A stretch of DNA of 64,000 nucleotides, taken from Akkermansia muciniphila. Its GTDB lineage: Bacteria; Verrucomicrobiota; Verrucomicrobiia; Limisphaerales; UBA1100. The stretch covers positions 46,301 through 110,300 of the forward strand of contig CAMDOH010000001.1 of assembly GCA_945903605.1 (NCBI GenBank). The letters are read 5' to 3'. Both the position numbers and the translations under genes were made by a program. Below the pieces are notes generated by a model. It was given only the letters and a program-made list of their open reading frames with translations. It had not been told where the DNA came from and made no database searches. Positions 47,345 through 56,728 of this stretch are shown one piece after another (the first letter of the stretch is position 1; each line of letters opens with the position of its first letter).

Positions 47345-48997
47345 TTACGGCGTGGCACTCGGCGATGCCCAGCCTTTTCTGGCGGAATCCCGATGGAGGA
47401 TGGTCGACAGTGAAAAAGCCACCAGCGTCGCCGCCGAACACAGCCACGCAAACCAGTCGCCGTATTTCAGATAAAAAGTCTGTTCGCGCACGCCGATCGG
47501 GACATTCACGATCTTGAATCCAGCGCTGTGAATGTCGCTCACTCCATCAAACCCTGCATCGTGAACACGCCCGCGCGAGTCCACCCAGCAGGTCAACCCG
47601 TTGTTTGTGCAACGCACCAGTGGGCGTCCCGTTTCCACCGCGCGAAAAACTGCGTTCGCCGCGTGCTGCCATTGCTGTGCGCTTTCGCCAAACCAACCGC
47701 CATTGGTGAGGTTGATCAAAACATCCACATCGCCAGCTGCACTCTCTCTGGCTAGTTGCGGAAGCAAGTCTTCAAAACAAATCAGTGGCGAGAATGTTGT
47801 GCTGCGCTCGGGGTGCGATATCACAAATCGCGCCGGACCGGTGCCCGGCGTGAACCCAGAGCCCACCGGCGTGAACCATTTCAGGAATGGCAACCATTTC
47901 GTCAGCGGCACGTATTCGCCGAACATGACGAGGTGTCGCTTGTCGTACTTCGCCGCCAATCGGCCATCTGGCGCGACGAGAAATGCGCTGTTGAAGTAGT
48001 CTGCCTTCGCGGGGTCATCCTGTCGCGGTTCCGCATCGTCCGCACCCAACAGCATCCAGACTTTGTTCGTCTGCGCCAACTCGGTCACGACCATGCGCAA
48101 TTCGACATCATGGCGCAACAAGCCGGGCACGACTGCTTCAGGCCAGACCAACAGGTCGGGTTTGGCCGCTAGCGCCAGCTCGGATAATTCTAAAACAGTC
48201 CGGAATGCTTTCGCATTTTCTTCCGGATTGAATTTTATTTTCTGTGGCACGCTCGGTTGCACCAAAGCCAATCGCAGATGGTGCACATCCGATTCTGTTC
48301 GTGATGAGCGGACAAATCCCCAGCCAACCACAACCATCAATATCGTGAGCGACAGGGACAATTCACGCAGCCACGCCCAGCGTTTCATTGGCTGGTGGAT
48401 GATGCTGACGGTGGTGCTGAGTAGTGCGGCAGAAAACCACACCAACAGGAATGACAGAGCGAGCACGCCGGCCACCGAAGAGATTTGCACCAATGGCAGT
48501 GTTTGAAAATGTGACACGCCGAGGTAATTCCACGGAAACCCGGTGAGCAACCAGCCGCGCAGAAATTCCAGCGCCACCCACGCCGCCGCGCATTGTATCA
48601 GCCAGAGTTGGCGTCGCCACCAAGCCGAGACATCTATCATTGCTTCGGCGTCAGAAACGAGATTAGCAGACGGTGACAGTTTCCAGCAAAGCCAAGTCCA
48701 CACCGCAAAATACAGCGCGCAATAAGTGCCCAATGCCAACCAGCCGAGCCACGCCGTTTGCGGGAACGGGATGTGTAACAGCCAGTAGAGTGAGGAAAGA
48801 AAATGGGTGAGTCCTGCGACAAATCCAGTCGAGAAGCGGACACGGGGCGTAGCACCAGCCGTTGCAAAAAGCATCAGCCCGGGCGCGATCCAAGCTGTCG
48901 CAGAAATGTTGAACGGAGGAAATGCGAGCGTGAGCAGCAGGCCGGCAATGCCGCCACAGATCCATCGAGCACGGCCTGTTTTCGGTTGCCATTTCAA
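47345..48997 (-). CDS. lnt: apolipoprotein N-acyltransferase
   Basis: N-terminal polytopic domain plus a C-terminal CN-hydrolase domain (VWPEAV, YDKRHLVMFGEYVP, LICFEDL). TTG start. Confidence 0.9.
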   Translation of the reverse strand: MKWQPKTGRARWICGGIAGLLLTLAFPPFNISATAWIAPGLMLFATAGATPRVRFSTGFVAGLTHFLSSLYWLLHIPFPQTAWLGWLALGTYCALYFAVWTWLCWKLSPSANLVSDAEAMIDVSAWWRRQLWLIQCAAAWVALEFLRGWLLTGFPWNYLGVSHFQTLPLVQISSVAGVLALSFLLVWFSAALLSTTVSIIHQPMKRWAWLRELSLSLTILMVVVGWGFVRSSRTESDVHHLRLALVQPSVPQKIKFNPEENAKAFRTVLELSELALAAKPDLLVWPEAVVPGLLRHDVELRMVVTELAQTNKVWMLLGADDAEPRQDDPAKADYFNSAFLVAPDGRLAAKYDKRHLVMFGEYVPLTKWLPFLKWFTPVGSGFTPGTGPARFVISHPERSTTFSPLICFEDLLPQLARESAAGDVDVLINLTNGGWFGESAQQWQHAANAVFRAVETGRPLVRCTNNGLTCWVDSRGRVHDAGFDGVSDIHSAGFKIVNVPIGVREQTFYLKYGDWFAWLCSAATLVAFSLSTILHRDSARKGWASPSATP

Positions 48998-49086
48998 GCA
49001 GCGGGAGATTGCCGGACTTTATTTCAAACGCAACGGTCACGTTTTCGCATTGCGCGAATGACTCCGGACAGTAGCTTGCCGCTGCC

Positions 49087-50133
49087 ATGTCCGAAACGCC
49101 CGCGCAACTTGGTTATCGTATGCCCGCCGAATGGGAGAGGCATGAGGCCACGTGGTTCACCTGGCCGCGCCCGGAGGGGATCAGCTTTCCCGACAAGTAC
49201 GACACGGTGCCGCCGGTGTACGCCACGTTGATCAAACATCTCGTGCAGGGCGAAGACGTGCACATCAACGTCTGGCATGCGGAGATGGAGGCGTGGGTGC
49301 GCGGGTTGTTGGAGAAGGAGCGGACACCGATGGCGCGCGTTTGCTTCCATCACTTTCCCTCTTATGAGCCGTGGTGCCGCGATCACGGCCCGATCTTTCT
49401 TGTGCGTGAGCAGCACGGCAAACGCGAGCGTGCGATTGTGGATTGGGGTTACAACGCGTGGGGCAATAAGTATCCGCCCTTTGATCTGGACGACGCCGTG
49501 CCGCAACATGTGGCGAAGCTGCGCGGCCTGCCGCTTTTCTCGCCCGGCATCGTGATGGAAGGCGGCGCGATTGATGTCAACGGCTGTGGCACGCTCCTCA
49601 CCACGGAGAGTTGCCTGCTCAATCCCAATCGCAATCCGCATCTCAACCAGGCGCAGATTGAGCAGTATCTCAAAGATTATCTGGGCGTGACAAACATCCT
49701 GTGGCTGGGCGATGGCATCGCGGGCGACGACACCGATGGGCACGTGGATGATCTCACGCGCTTTGTCGGCCCGAACACCGTCGTCACCGTGGTGGAAGAA
49801 AATCCTGCGGACGAAAACCACCGGCCGCTGAAGGATAACTTAAAACGCCTGCGCGCGATGAAGGATGAGACGGGCCGCCCGTTGCGCATCGTGGAGTTGC
49901 CGATGCCCGCCTTGCGGGAGATTGATGGCCAGCGCATGCCCGCGAGCTACGCCAATTTCTATATCGCCAACGGCATCGTGCTGGTGCCCACTTATGGCGA
50001 CGCGAACGACACCCGTGCGCTGGAAATTTTGCAGCGCGAATTCCCCGATCGCCGCGTCATCGGCGTGGACTCGACAGAACTTATCTGGGGCCTCGGCTCA
50101 TTCCACTGCATCAGCCAGCAGGAACCGGCTTGA
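49087..50133 (+). CDS. aguA: agmatine deiminase
   Basis: MPAEWERHEATWFTWP, GGAIDVNGCGTLLTTE, DGHVDD, and GSFHCISQQ (catalytic Cys). Confidence 0.9.
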   Translation: MSETPAQLGYRMPAEWERHEATWFTWPRPEGISFPDKYDTVPPVYATLIKHLVQGEDVHINVWHAEMEAWVRGLLEKERTPMARVCFHHFPSYEPWCRDHGPIFLVREQHGKRERAIVDWGYNAWGNKYPPFDLDDAVPQHVAKLRGLPLFSPGIVMEGGAIDVNGCGTLLTTESCLLNPNRNPHLNQAQIEQYLKDYLGVTNILWLGDGIAGDDTDGHVDDLTRFVGPNTVVTVVEENPADENHRPLKDNLKRLRAMKDETGRPLRIVELPMPALREIDGQRMPASYANFYIANGIVLVPTYGDANDTRALEILQREFPDRRVIGVDSTELIWGLGSFHCISQQEPA

Positions 50134-50212
50134 ATTGCTGCACGGCAACCCCCTCGATGCCTATCAATTTGATTGCAATTGATGGGCTGCTGGCTTCATT
50201 TCAACCTTCTCC

Positions 50213-50974
50213 ATGAGCATCAGCATTGATCTTGCAGACAAGACCGCCCTTATCACCGGAGCATCGCAAGGAATCGGGGCGGAGATAGCGCGGACATTTC
50301 ATCGCGCTGGCGCCAATGTGGTGATCAATCATCCTGCGATGGGAAGCACGGGAGATGACGCCGCTAATCTGGCTGGCCTGCTCAACGCAGAGCGCGCGAA
50401 CAGTGCCACTGTCATCGCAGCCGATGTGTCCGATGCCGATGCCGTGCGCAGGATGATGGAGGAAGTGAAAGAGCGTTCTGGCGGGCTGGATTTTCTGATC
50501 AACAACGCCGCGATCATCCGCGATCGGACACTTTCAAAGATGTCGCCCGACGAATGGCAGTCGGTGATCAACGTGAACCTCAACGGCGTTTTTTATTGCT
50601 GCAAATATGGTCTCGAGAATATGCGCGATGGGGGTGCCATCGTCAGCTTGGGCAGCATCGCGGGCCTCGTCGGTTTTTTTGGCCAGACAAATTACGCTTC
50701 AGCCAAAGCGGGCGTGATGGCGATGATGCGCGTGATCAGTCGCGAAGTGGCTCGGCGCGGTATTCGCGTCAACTCCATCGTGCCGGGCGTGGTGGACACG
50801 GCAATGGCAGCGACCATTCCAGATCCCGTGCGCACGGAAATGCTCAAGAATATCCCGCTCGGTCGATTCGGTGCCCCAGAAGAAATCGCGACAACGGCAC
50901 TTTTCCTCTGTTCGCCACTCGCGTCCTACATCACTGGTCAATCCATCGAAGTGAATGGAGGCTGGCGCGGATGA
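50213..50974 (+). CDS. SDR-family 3-oxoacyl/3-hydroxyacyl reductase-dehydrogenase (FabG-like)
   Basis: ALITGASQGIGAEIA, NNAAI, and YASAKAG. Confidence 0.85.
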   Translation: MSISIDLADKTALITGASQGIGAEIARTFHRAGANVVINHPAMGSTGDDAANLAGLLNAERANSATVIAADVSDADAVRRMMEEVKERSGGLDFLINNAAIIRDRTLSKMSPDEWQSVINVNLNGVFYCCKYGLENMRDGGAIVSLGSIAGLVGFFGQTNYASAKAGVMAMMRVISREVARRGIRVNSIVPGVVDTAMAATIPDPVRTEMLKNIPLGRFGAPEEIATTALFLCSPLASYITGQSIEVNGGWRG

Positions 50975-52500
50975 GGGGGGCGGCGCGCATTGTCTCTGCC
51001 GCAGAAGCTGTCGCTGCCATCCCCGATGGTGTCACAATCGCCGTGGGCGGATTTATTGGAGCGGGTCATCCCGAGGCAATCACAGCTGCGTTGGAACAAC
51101 GATTTCTCCAGTCGCAAACGCCAGTTGGGTTGACGTTGCTTTATGCCGCCGGTCAAGGCGACCGAGGCAATCTTGGTCTGAACCATTTCGCTCATCGCGG
51201 GCTAATTCGGCGAGTGGTGGGCGGCCATTGGAATCTCGCGCCCAAACTCGGTCGGCTGGCTTTGGACAACGAGATCGAGGCTTACAATTTGCCTCAAGGC
51301 GTTATCTGCGCTCTGCTGCGCGAAATCGCCGCCAAACGTCCCGGCGTGTTCACCAAAGTAGGCATGAACACATTCATCGATCCCGTCAACGGCGGCGGCA
51401 GATTGAACGCGCGCACGACCGAGCCGCTAGTCGAACTCCTCCTGCTCGATGGTCAGCCTTGGCTGCGATACCGCACATTTCCAATTCACGTCGGCATCAT
51501 TCGCGCCACGTCTGCTGATCGGCTCGGCAACCTGACTTTGGAACGCGAAGGGATCATCGGCGAAGTATTGCCCATCGCGCAGGCCGCTCGCAATCACGGA
51601 GGCATTGTCATTGCGCAAGTGGAGCGAATCGTTGACCGCGTGGCAGACCCCAAATCTGTCCGCGTTCCCGGCGCACTGGTGGATTTTATTGTCGTCGCGC
51701 AACCCTCCGAACATCCGCAGACTTTTGCCGAAACCTTCAACGAAAATTACGTGACCACAGCCGGTGGCCGCATCGAGTTCCCCGCCATGCCGTTTTCGGA
51801 ACGGAAAATTATTGGGCGCCGCGCGCTCATGGAAATCCGTCGTGGCGACATGGTGAATCTTGGCATCGGCCTGCCTGAGGCGGTCGCGACTGTTGCTGCG
51901 GAGACAGGCCGACTGGAGGAATTCACACTCACATTGGAGAGTGGCCCCATCGGCGGCGTCCCGGCTTCCGGGCTGAGTTTTGGTTGCAGTCATTTTCCCG
52001 AAGCCGTCGTTGATCAACCTGCTCAGTTTGATTTCTACGATGGGGGCGGACTCGACATTGCAGTACTTGGCGCAGCGGAGGTGGATGCCGAGGGCAACGT
52101 GAATGTGAGCACATTTGCAGGACGGTTCGCCGGCGTGGGCGGTTTTGTGAACATCGCGCAAAGTGCGCGCCGCGTTGTTTTCTGCAGCACCTTGCGCGTG
52201 GGAGAATTGGAGGTTGCGGTGAGCGACGGCCGTTTGCGAATCATCCGTGAAGGGCAACACGCGAAGTTCGTGCAGCGCGTGCAGCAGAATTGTTTTCACG
52301 GAGCAACTGCGCTGGCCAACGGACAGCAGGTTCTCTTTGTCACCGAGCGTGCGGTATTCGAACTCACTCCGCGCGGACTGGCGTTGCGCGAACTGGCCGC
52401 GGGTGCGGATCTGCAACGTGATGTTCTTGCGCAGATGGAATTGACTCCGATCATCGGCGAATATAGTCCGATGCCCCAAACTTGTTTTCTGAATTCCTGA
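50971..52500 (+). CDS. fused-subunit acyl-CoA:acetate/3-ketoacid CoA-transferase (YdiF-like)
   Basis: The ATG at 50971 (ATGA overlap with the SDR stop) gives MRGAARIVSAAEAVAAIPDGVTIAVGGF, with a ...ESGPIGG region in the C-terminal half. The track ORF 5' extension (50554-50970) overlaps the SDR gene in another frame. Confidence 0.85.
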   Translation: MRGAARIVSAAEAVAAIPDGVTIAVGGFIGAGHPEAITAALEQRFLQSQTPVGLTLLYAAGQGDRGNLGLNHFAHRGLIRRVVGGHWNLAPKLGRLALDNEIEAYNLPQGVICALLREIAAKRPGVFTKVGMNTFIDPVNGGGRLNARTTEPLVELLLLDGQPWLRYRTFPIHVGIIRATSADRLGNLTLEREGIIGEVLPIAQAARNHGGIVIAQVERIVDRVADPKSVRVPGALVDFIVVAQPSEHPQTFAETFNENYVTTAGGRIEFPAMPFSERKIIGRRALMEIRRGDMVNLGIGLPEAVATVAAETGRLEEFTLTLESGPIGGVPASGLSFGCSHFPEAVVDQPAQFDFYDGGGLDIAVLGAAEVDAEGNVNVSTFAGRFAGVGGFVNIAQSARRVVFCSTLRVGELEVAVSDGRLRIIREGQHAKFVQRVQQNCFHGATALANGQQVLFVTERAVFELTPRGLALRELAAGADLQRDVLAQMELTPIIGEYSPMPQTCFLNS

Positions 52501-52501
52501 C

Positions 52502-53665
52502 ATGATTTACAAGCAACCCATCCACATCGTCTCTGCGAAACGTTCGGCGATCGGTCGATTTGGCGGCGGATTCAAATCGATTTCTGTTGCCGAGTTGGCG
52601 ACGCAGGTTGCCGAGTCGGTCGTCTCCAACGAACTCAAACCTCATATTGGGCAGGTCATTCTTGGACAAGTTTTGCAGGCTGGTTCCGGGATGAACGTGG
52701 CAAGACAACTCGGATTGCGACTAGGTTTGCCACAGGCATCACCCGCCTTCACGGTGAACATGGCCTGCGCTTCGGGTCTCAAGTCGGTCGCACTTGCTGC
52801 ATCGGCCATTGCAGAGGGCGAGGCGTCACTGGCATTGGCTGGCGGAGTTGATGTGATGAGCCGTGCGCCGCACTACAGCTTGGATTTGCGGTTCGGAAAG
52901 AAGATTGGCGATGCTGCATTGGTGGATTCGATATTTGCCGATGGGCTTTCCGATCCGGTGCTGCACATTGGCATGGGCGAAACTGCCGAACGGATTGCGG
53001 ACAGTTTTAAGATTTCAAGAAATGCGCAGGACGATTGGGCTTTTCACAGTCAGAACAAAGCGGCTGCCAATCGCACTCTGCTGCGTCGGGAAATAGTCGC
53101 GGTGAATTCCACCGATGGAGTCGTTGATGAGGATGAGCATCCGCGCTCGGACACGACGCTGGAAAAGCTGGCGTTGCTCAAGCCGGCATTTCGCAAGAAT
53201 GGCACAGTCACCGCAGGCAATTCATCGGGCATCAATGATGGTGCAGCCCTGATTCTTGTGGCCAACAGCGCAGCATTGGCGGAACACCCATTGCAATCGA
53301 GGGCGAGGATTGTCGGCGTCACGGTCGTTGGCTGCGATCCGGCGATGATGGGATTGGGTCCTATCGGGGCGATTCGTCAATTGTGCGAAGAGACAGGCTG
53401 GCCACTTTCATCCGTGGACGCAGTTGAATTGAATGAGGCATTTGCGGTGCAAACGATCGCTTGCGTTCAGGAACTTCATTTGGATATTCAGAAAGTCAAT
53501 CAGCGTGGCGGTGCGATCGCACTCGGTCACCCTGTTGGTTGCAGTGGCGCGCGAGTGCTCGTCACTCTCTTGCATCTCATGGAGGATGCGGATTTCAAGC
53601 GCGGCATCGCCTCGCTTTGTGTGGGTGGCGGAATGGGCATTGCCATGGCCATCGAGCGCGATTGA
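52502..53665 (+). CDS. acetyl-CoA C-acetyltransferase (thiolase II)
   Basis: VNMACASGLKSV (active-site Cys), NEAFA, and GGAIALGHPVGCSGAR...LCVGGGMG. Confidence 0.9.
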   Translation: MIYKQPIHIVSAKRSAIGRFGGGFKSISVAELATQVAESVVSNELKPHIGQVILGQVLQAGSGMNVARQLGLRLGLPQASPAFTVNMACASGLKSVALAASAIAEGEASLALAGGVDVMSRAPHYSLDLRFGKKIGDAALVDSIFADGLSDPVLHIGMGETAERIADSFKISRNAQDDWAFHSQNKAAANRTLLRREIVAVNSTDGVVDEDEHPRSDTTLEKLALLKPAFRKNGTVTAGNSSGINDGAALILVANSAALAEHPLQSRARIVGVTVVGCDPAMMGLGPIGAIRQLCEETGWPLSSVDAVELNEAFAVQTIACVQELHLDIQKVNQRGGAIALGHPVGCSGARVLVTLLHLMEDADFKRGIASLCVGGGMGIAMAIERD

Positions 53666-53689
53666 TGTGCCCGTATCAACGCAGGCAAA

Positions 53690-54937
53690 TTAACTGAGAT
53701 CGTTGCCGCGCGTTTCTTTAGCCAGCCACACGGCCAAGAGTGTCACCAACGCTGTGCCCACGAGGTAGAGCGAGATCGGCCAAGGTTTGTTTCCAGACCA
53801 GTTCAACAGAGCGGCGGCGATGAGCGGTGCCAATCCTCCTGCCAGTGGCGAGGCGAGTTGGTAGCCAAGCGACGCGCCGCTGTAACGGACGCGCGTGCTG
53901 AATAGCTCGGAGAAAAATGCCGCCTGCGGACCGTACATCGCCGAGTGACCGATCATGCCGATGACAATGGCCAATTGGATGGCACTTCCGGATTTTGTAT
54001 CCACGAGCCAGAAAAACGGAAATGCGAAAAACGCCAGGAACAGTGCGCCGCCAAGATAAACGGGGCGGCGTCCGACTCGATCGGACAACGCACCGAAAAA
54101 AGGAATCATTCCGATCTGCACAAGCGAACCCATGAGGACTCCGTTGAGCACGATGGTTTTTTCCAGTTGGAGTTGTTGCGTGGAGTAGGTCAGCACGAAG
54201 ACGGTGAAAATGTAGAAGTAGGCGTTCTCGGCAAAGCGAGCGCCCATCGCCAGCAGTACGTTGCGGGGATGTTCGCGCAACGTCTCGATGATGGGCAATT
54301 TTGCCACGGGCCGCGCTGATTTCATGCGGTCGAATGCGGGGCTTTCCAGCACATGCAGCCGGATGAACAATCCCACACCCGTGAGTAGAATTCCCAGCAG
54401 GAATGGCACTCGCCAACCCCACGCGAGGAAACTTTGCTCGGGCAATGAAGCGAAGAGGGTGAATGTGCCAGTAGCCAGCAGCAGGCCGACCGGCACACCG
54501 GCTTGCACCCAACTGCCACGCAGACCGCGTTGTTTTCCATCGCCGTGCTCCACGGCCATCAGGACTGCTCCACCCCATTCGCCGCCGACGCCGATGCCTT
54601 GCACGAATCGTAAGGCGACAAGCAGGACAGGCGCGAGCAATCCCGCTTTCTCGTAAGTGGGCAGCACACCGATGAGCGCTGTCGCCACTCCCATCATCAT
54701 AAGCGTGGTCACGAGCATGGATTTGCGGCCGATGCGGTCTCCGAAATGACCGAAGATTACGCCGCCGATGGGGCGCGCGAAAAAACCGACTGCGTAGGTG
54801 GCGAAGGCGGCCATGGTGCCGGCAGCAGGTTCAATAGTGGGGAAGAATAGTTTATTGAACACGAGGGCCGCTGCTGTGCCGTAGAGGAAAAAATCATACC
54901 ACTCGATCGCTGTGCCGATGAAACTGGCTAGGACCAC
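53690..54937 (-). CDS. MFS transporter, metabolite:H+ symporter (MHS) family
   Basis: GTAIEWYDFFLYG, GHFGDRIGRK, and 12 TM helices. The GTG start leaves an unusually short N-terminus (see findings). Confidence 0.85.
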   Translation of the reverse strand: MVLASFIGTAIEWYDFFLYGTAAALVFNKLFFPTIEPAAGTMAAFATYAVGFFARPIGGVIFGHFGDRIGRKSMLVTTLMMMGVATALIGVLPTYEKAGLLAPVLLVALRFVQGIGVGGEWGGAVLMAVEHGDGKQRGLRGSWVQAGVPVGLLLATGTFTLFASLPEQSFLAWGWRVPFLLGILLTGVGLFIRLHVLESPAFDRMKSARPVAKLPIIETLREHPRNVLLAMGARFAENAYFYIFTVFVLTYSTQQLQLEKTIVLNGVLMGSLVQIGMIPFFGALSDRVGRRPVYLGGALFLAFFAFPFFWLVDTKSGSAIQLAIVIGMIGHSAMYGPQAAFFSELFSTRVRYSGASLGYQLASPLAGGLAPLIAAALLNWSGNKPWPISLYLVGTALVTLLAVWLAKETRGNDLS

Positions 54938-55108
54938 CTTTTTGATGGAGGCTTTTGGCGATGTTGAATGTTCGATGGCTCATTGTGAATCGTCGTGAGC
55001 GGTGATGCAAAACCATTGTGAGGATGCTCACCGAAACAATCCTTGCCCAACCGAGTCGCCTTAGCGGAGCCTCATGCGATGAACCTCTGGAATTTCTGCG
55101 ATAGGAGA

Positions 55109-56512
55109 ATGATGATGCGATTGAATGGTGTGGTTTGTCTGCTGGCATTGGGGCAGCAGTTGGTCGGCGGACAAGCCAGACCCGTGGCTCGGGTGAATGA
55201 GAACGGTTGGACGGAGCAATCGGCACGTGAAGAAATTCGCCCCAAATTTTCTATCGATGCAAAAGGCGCGACAGATGGAGTGGGCATCTTGATCATCACG
55301 ACCGATGATTCCATCGGGCAGCAGGGTTGGTTTCAGAAAGCTGTTTCAGTGAAAGGTGGTTTTCATTATCAGTTTCACGCGCTTCGAAAAGTGACGAATG
55401 TCGCGGTGCCTCGGCGCAGTGTTGTGGCGCGGATTTGTTGGCAGGACGATAATGGGAAAATGGTGCAGGCCGATGCGCCGCCAGGACAGGAATTGGGAAG
55501 GTTGCCGATGGCGGAACCGGAGCATCCGATGGATGGCGTCGTGGACAAGTTGGGTTGGACGGTAGTATCGGGCAATTATCGCGCGCCGCTAAAGGCGACT
55601 CGTGCGGTGGTGGAATTGCATTTGCAGTGGGCACCGCGAAGTCAGGTGATGTGGAGCGATGTGAAGTTTGCGGCGACATCGCCACCGGCTCCTCGCAAGG
55701 TGAAGCTCGCCACGATTCATCACATCCCATCGGGAAAATCGATGCGGGCGAATTGCGAGGAATTCGCACCACTCATCGCCAAGGCTGCTGATAAAAAAGC
55801 GGACCTGGTGGTGCTGGGCGAGACGGTGCCGTATGTGCGCACCGGCAAGAAACCACACGAGACTGCGGAGGTGATTCCGGGGCCGACATCGGAGTATTTC
55901 GGTGCGCTCGCGCGAAAACACCGCCTGCACATCGTGGTGAGCTTGTATGAGCGAGCCGGTCGCGAAGTTTTCAATACAGCGGTATTGCTTGGGTCCGATG
56001 GTCGCCTCATCGGCAAATATCGAAAAGTCTGTTTACCGCACAGTGAGGTCGAAGCTGGAGTTACACCGGGTGATGATTATCCGGTTTTCGACACAAAGAT
56101 CGGCAAGATCGGAATGATGATTTGCTACGACGGTTTCTTTCCAGAGGTCGCCCGTGAATTGAGCAATCGAGGCGCGGAGATCATCGCATGGCCGGTTTGG
56201 GGTTGTAACCCGCTTCTCGCTCAGGCCCGCGCTTGCGAAAATCATGTGTACGTCGTGAGCAGCACTTACACCGATGCGAAGAGTGATTGGACGCTCTCGG
56301 CGGTTTATGACCACGCAGGGAAGGCGATTGCCAAGGCGCAGGAATGGGGAGATGTGGCGATCGCTGAAGTGGATTTGAGCGAGCGCTATTTTTGGCGCAA
56401 CAACCTGGGAGATTTCAAGTCGATGATCCAGCGGCATCGCCCACCTTCACTGCCCGAGATTGAATCGTCTTCAACCAAAACGCTGCTGCCGAAAAGGGAA
56501 GGCTCAAAATAA
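55109..56512 (+). CDS. secreted carbon-nitrogen hydrolase family protein with an N-terminal extension of about 190 aa
   Basis: AGGAG precedes a triple ATG (55109-55117). Signal peptide [23 protein letters not shown]. Candidate E-K-C triad context: [26 protein letters not shown]. Confidence 0.8.
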   Translation: MMMRLNGVVCLLALGQQLVGGQARPVARVNENGWTEQSAREEIRPKFSIDAKGATDGVGILIITTDDSIGQQGWFQKAVSVKGGFHYQFHALRKVTNVAVPRRSVVARICWQDDNGKMVQADAPPGQELGRLPMAEPEHPMDGVVDKLGWTVVSGNYRAPLKATRAVVELHLQWAPRSQVMWSDVKFAATSPPAPRKVKLATIHHIPSGKSMRANCEEFAPLIAKAADKKADLVVLGETVPYVRTGKKPHETAEVIPGPTSEYFGALARKHRLHIVVSLYERAGREVFNTAVLLGSDGRLIGKYRKVCLPHSEVEAGVTPGDDYPVFDTKIGKIGMMICYDGFFPEVARELSNRGAEIIAWPVWGCNPLLAQARACENHVYVVSSTYTDAKSDWTLSAVYDHAGKAIAKAQEWGDVAIAEVDLSERYFWRNNLGDFKSMIQRHRPPSLPEIESSSTKTLLPKREGSK

Positions 56513-56559
56513 TCTGTCGGTCTGGATGGTTGCAATAACGCTGCAAGTTCAATCGAGGC

Positions 56560-56588
56560 TTGACCCAATATTTGGGCCGACTTAATCT
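56560..56588 (+). promoter_or_regulatory. sigma70-like promoter candidate for the ilvB leader
   Basis: TTGACC, a 17-nt spacer, then TAATCT. The -10 box ends 8 nt before the leader ATG. Pattern match only. Confidence 0.3.
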
Positions 56589-56596
56589 CCCCGACG

Positions 56597-56677
56597 ATGA
56601 AGTTAACTCTGCGACTCGTAGTAGTGCTGCGGGCGATCGTCGGCGTCGGCGATGCCGCGGGGACTTGTCGCCTGTAA
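56597..56677 (+). CDS. putative Leu/Val/Ile-rich leader peptide of the ilvB attenuator
   Basis: 26 codons, [26 protein letters not shown], of which 11 are Leu/Val/Ile, with a run LRLVVVL. It ends 18 nt before a strong terminator. Confidence 0.45.
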   Translation: MKLTLRLVVVLRAIVGVGDAAGTCRL

Positions 56678-56694
56678 CACGGAATTTGACAGGA

Positions 56695-56728
56695 ACCCAC
56701 GGCTGAAAACGGCCGTGGGTTTTTGTTT
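56695..56728 (+). terminator. intrinsic terminator (attenuator) upstream of ilvB
   Basis: ACCCACGGC-tgaaaacg-GCCGTGGGT followed by TTTTGTTT, located 35 nt before the ilvB ATG. Confidence 0.7.

Noticed and set aside
50554-50970. 5' extension of the CoA-transferase ORF (the track lists 648 aa).
   Set aside because: It overlaps the SDR gene in another frame and translates to Arg-rich nonsense. The real start is the ATG at 50971, which overlaps the SDR stop.
51427-52503. 358-aa minus-strand ORF.
   Set aside because: It lies antisense to the CoA-transferase gene and has no family signature.
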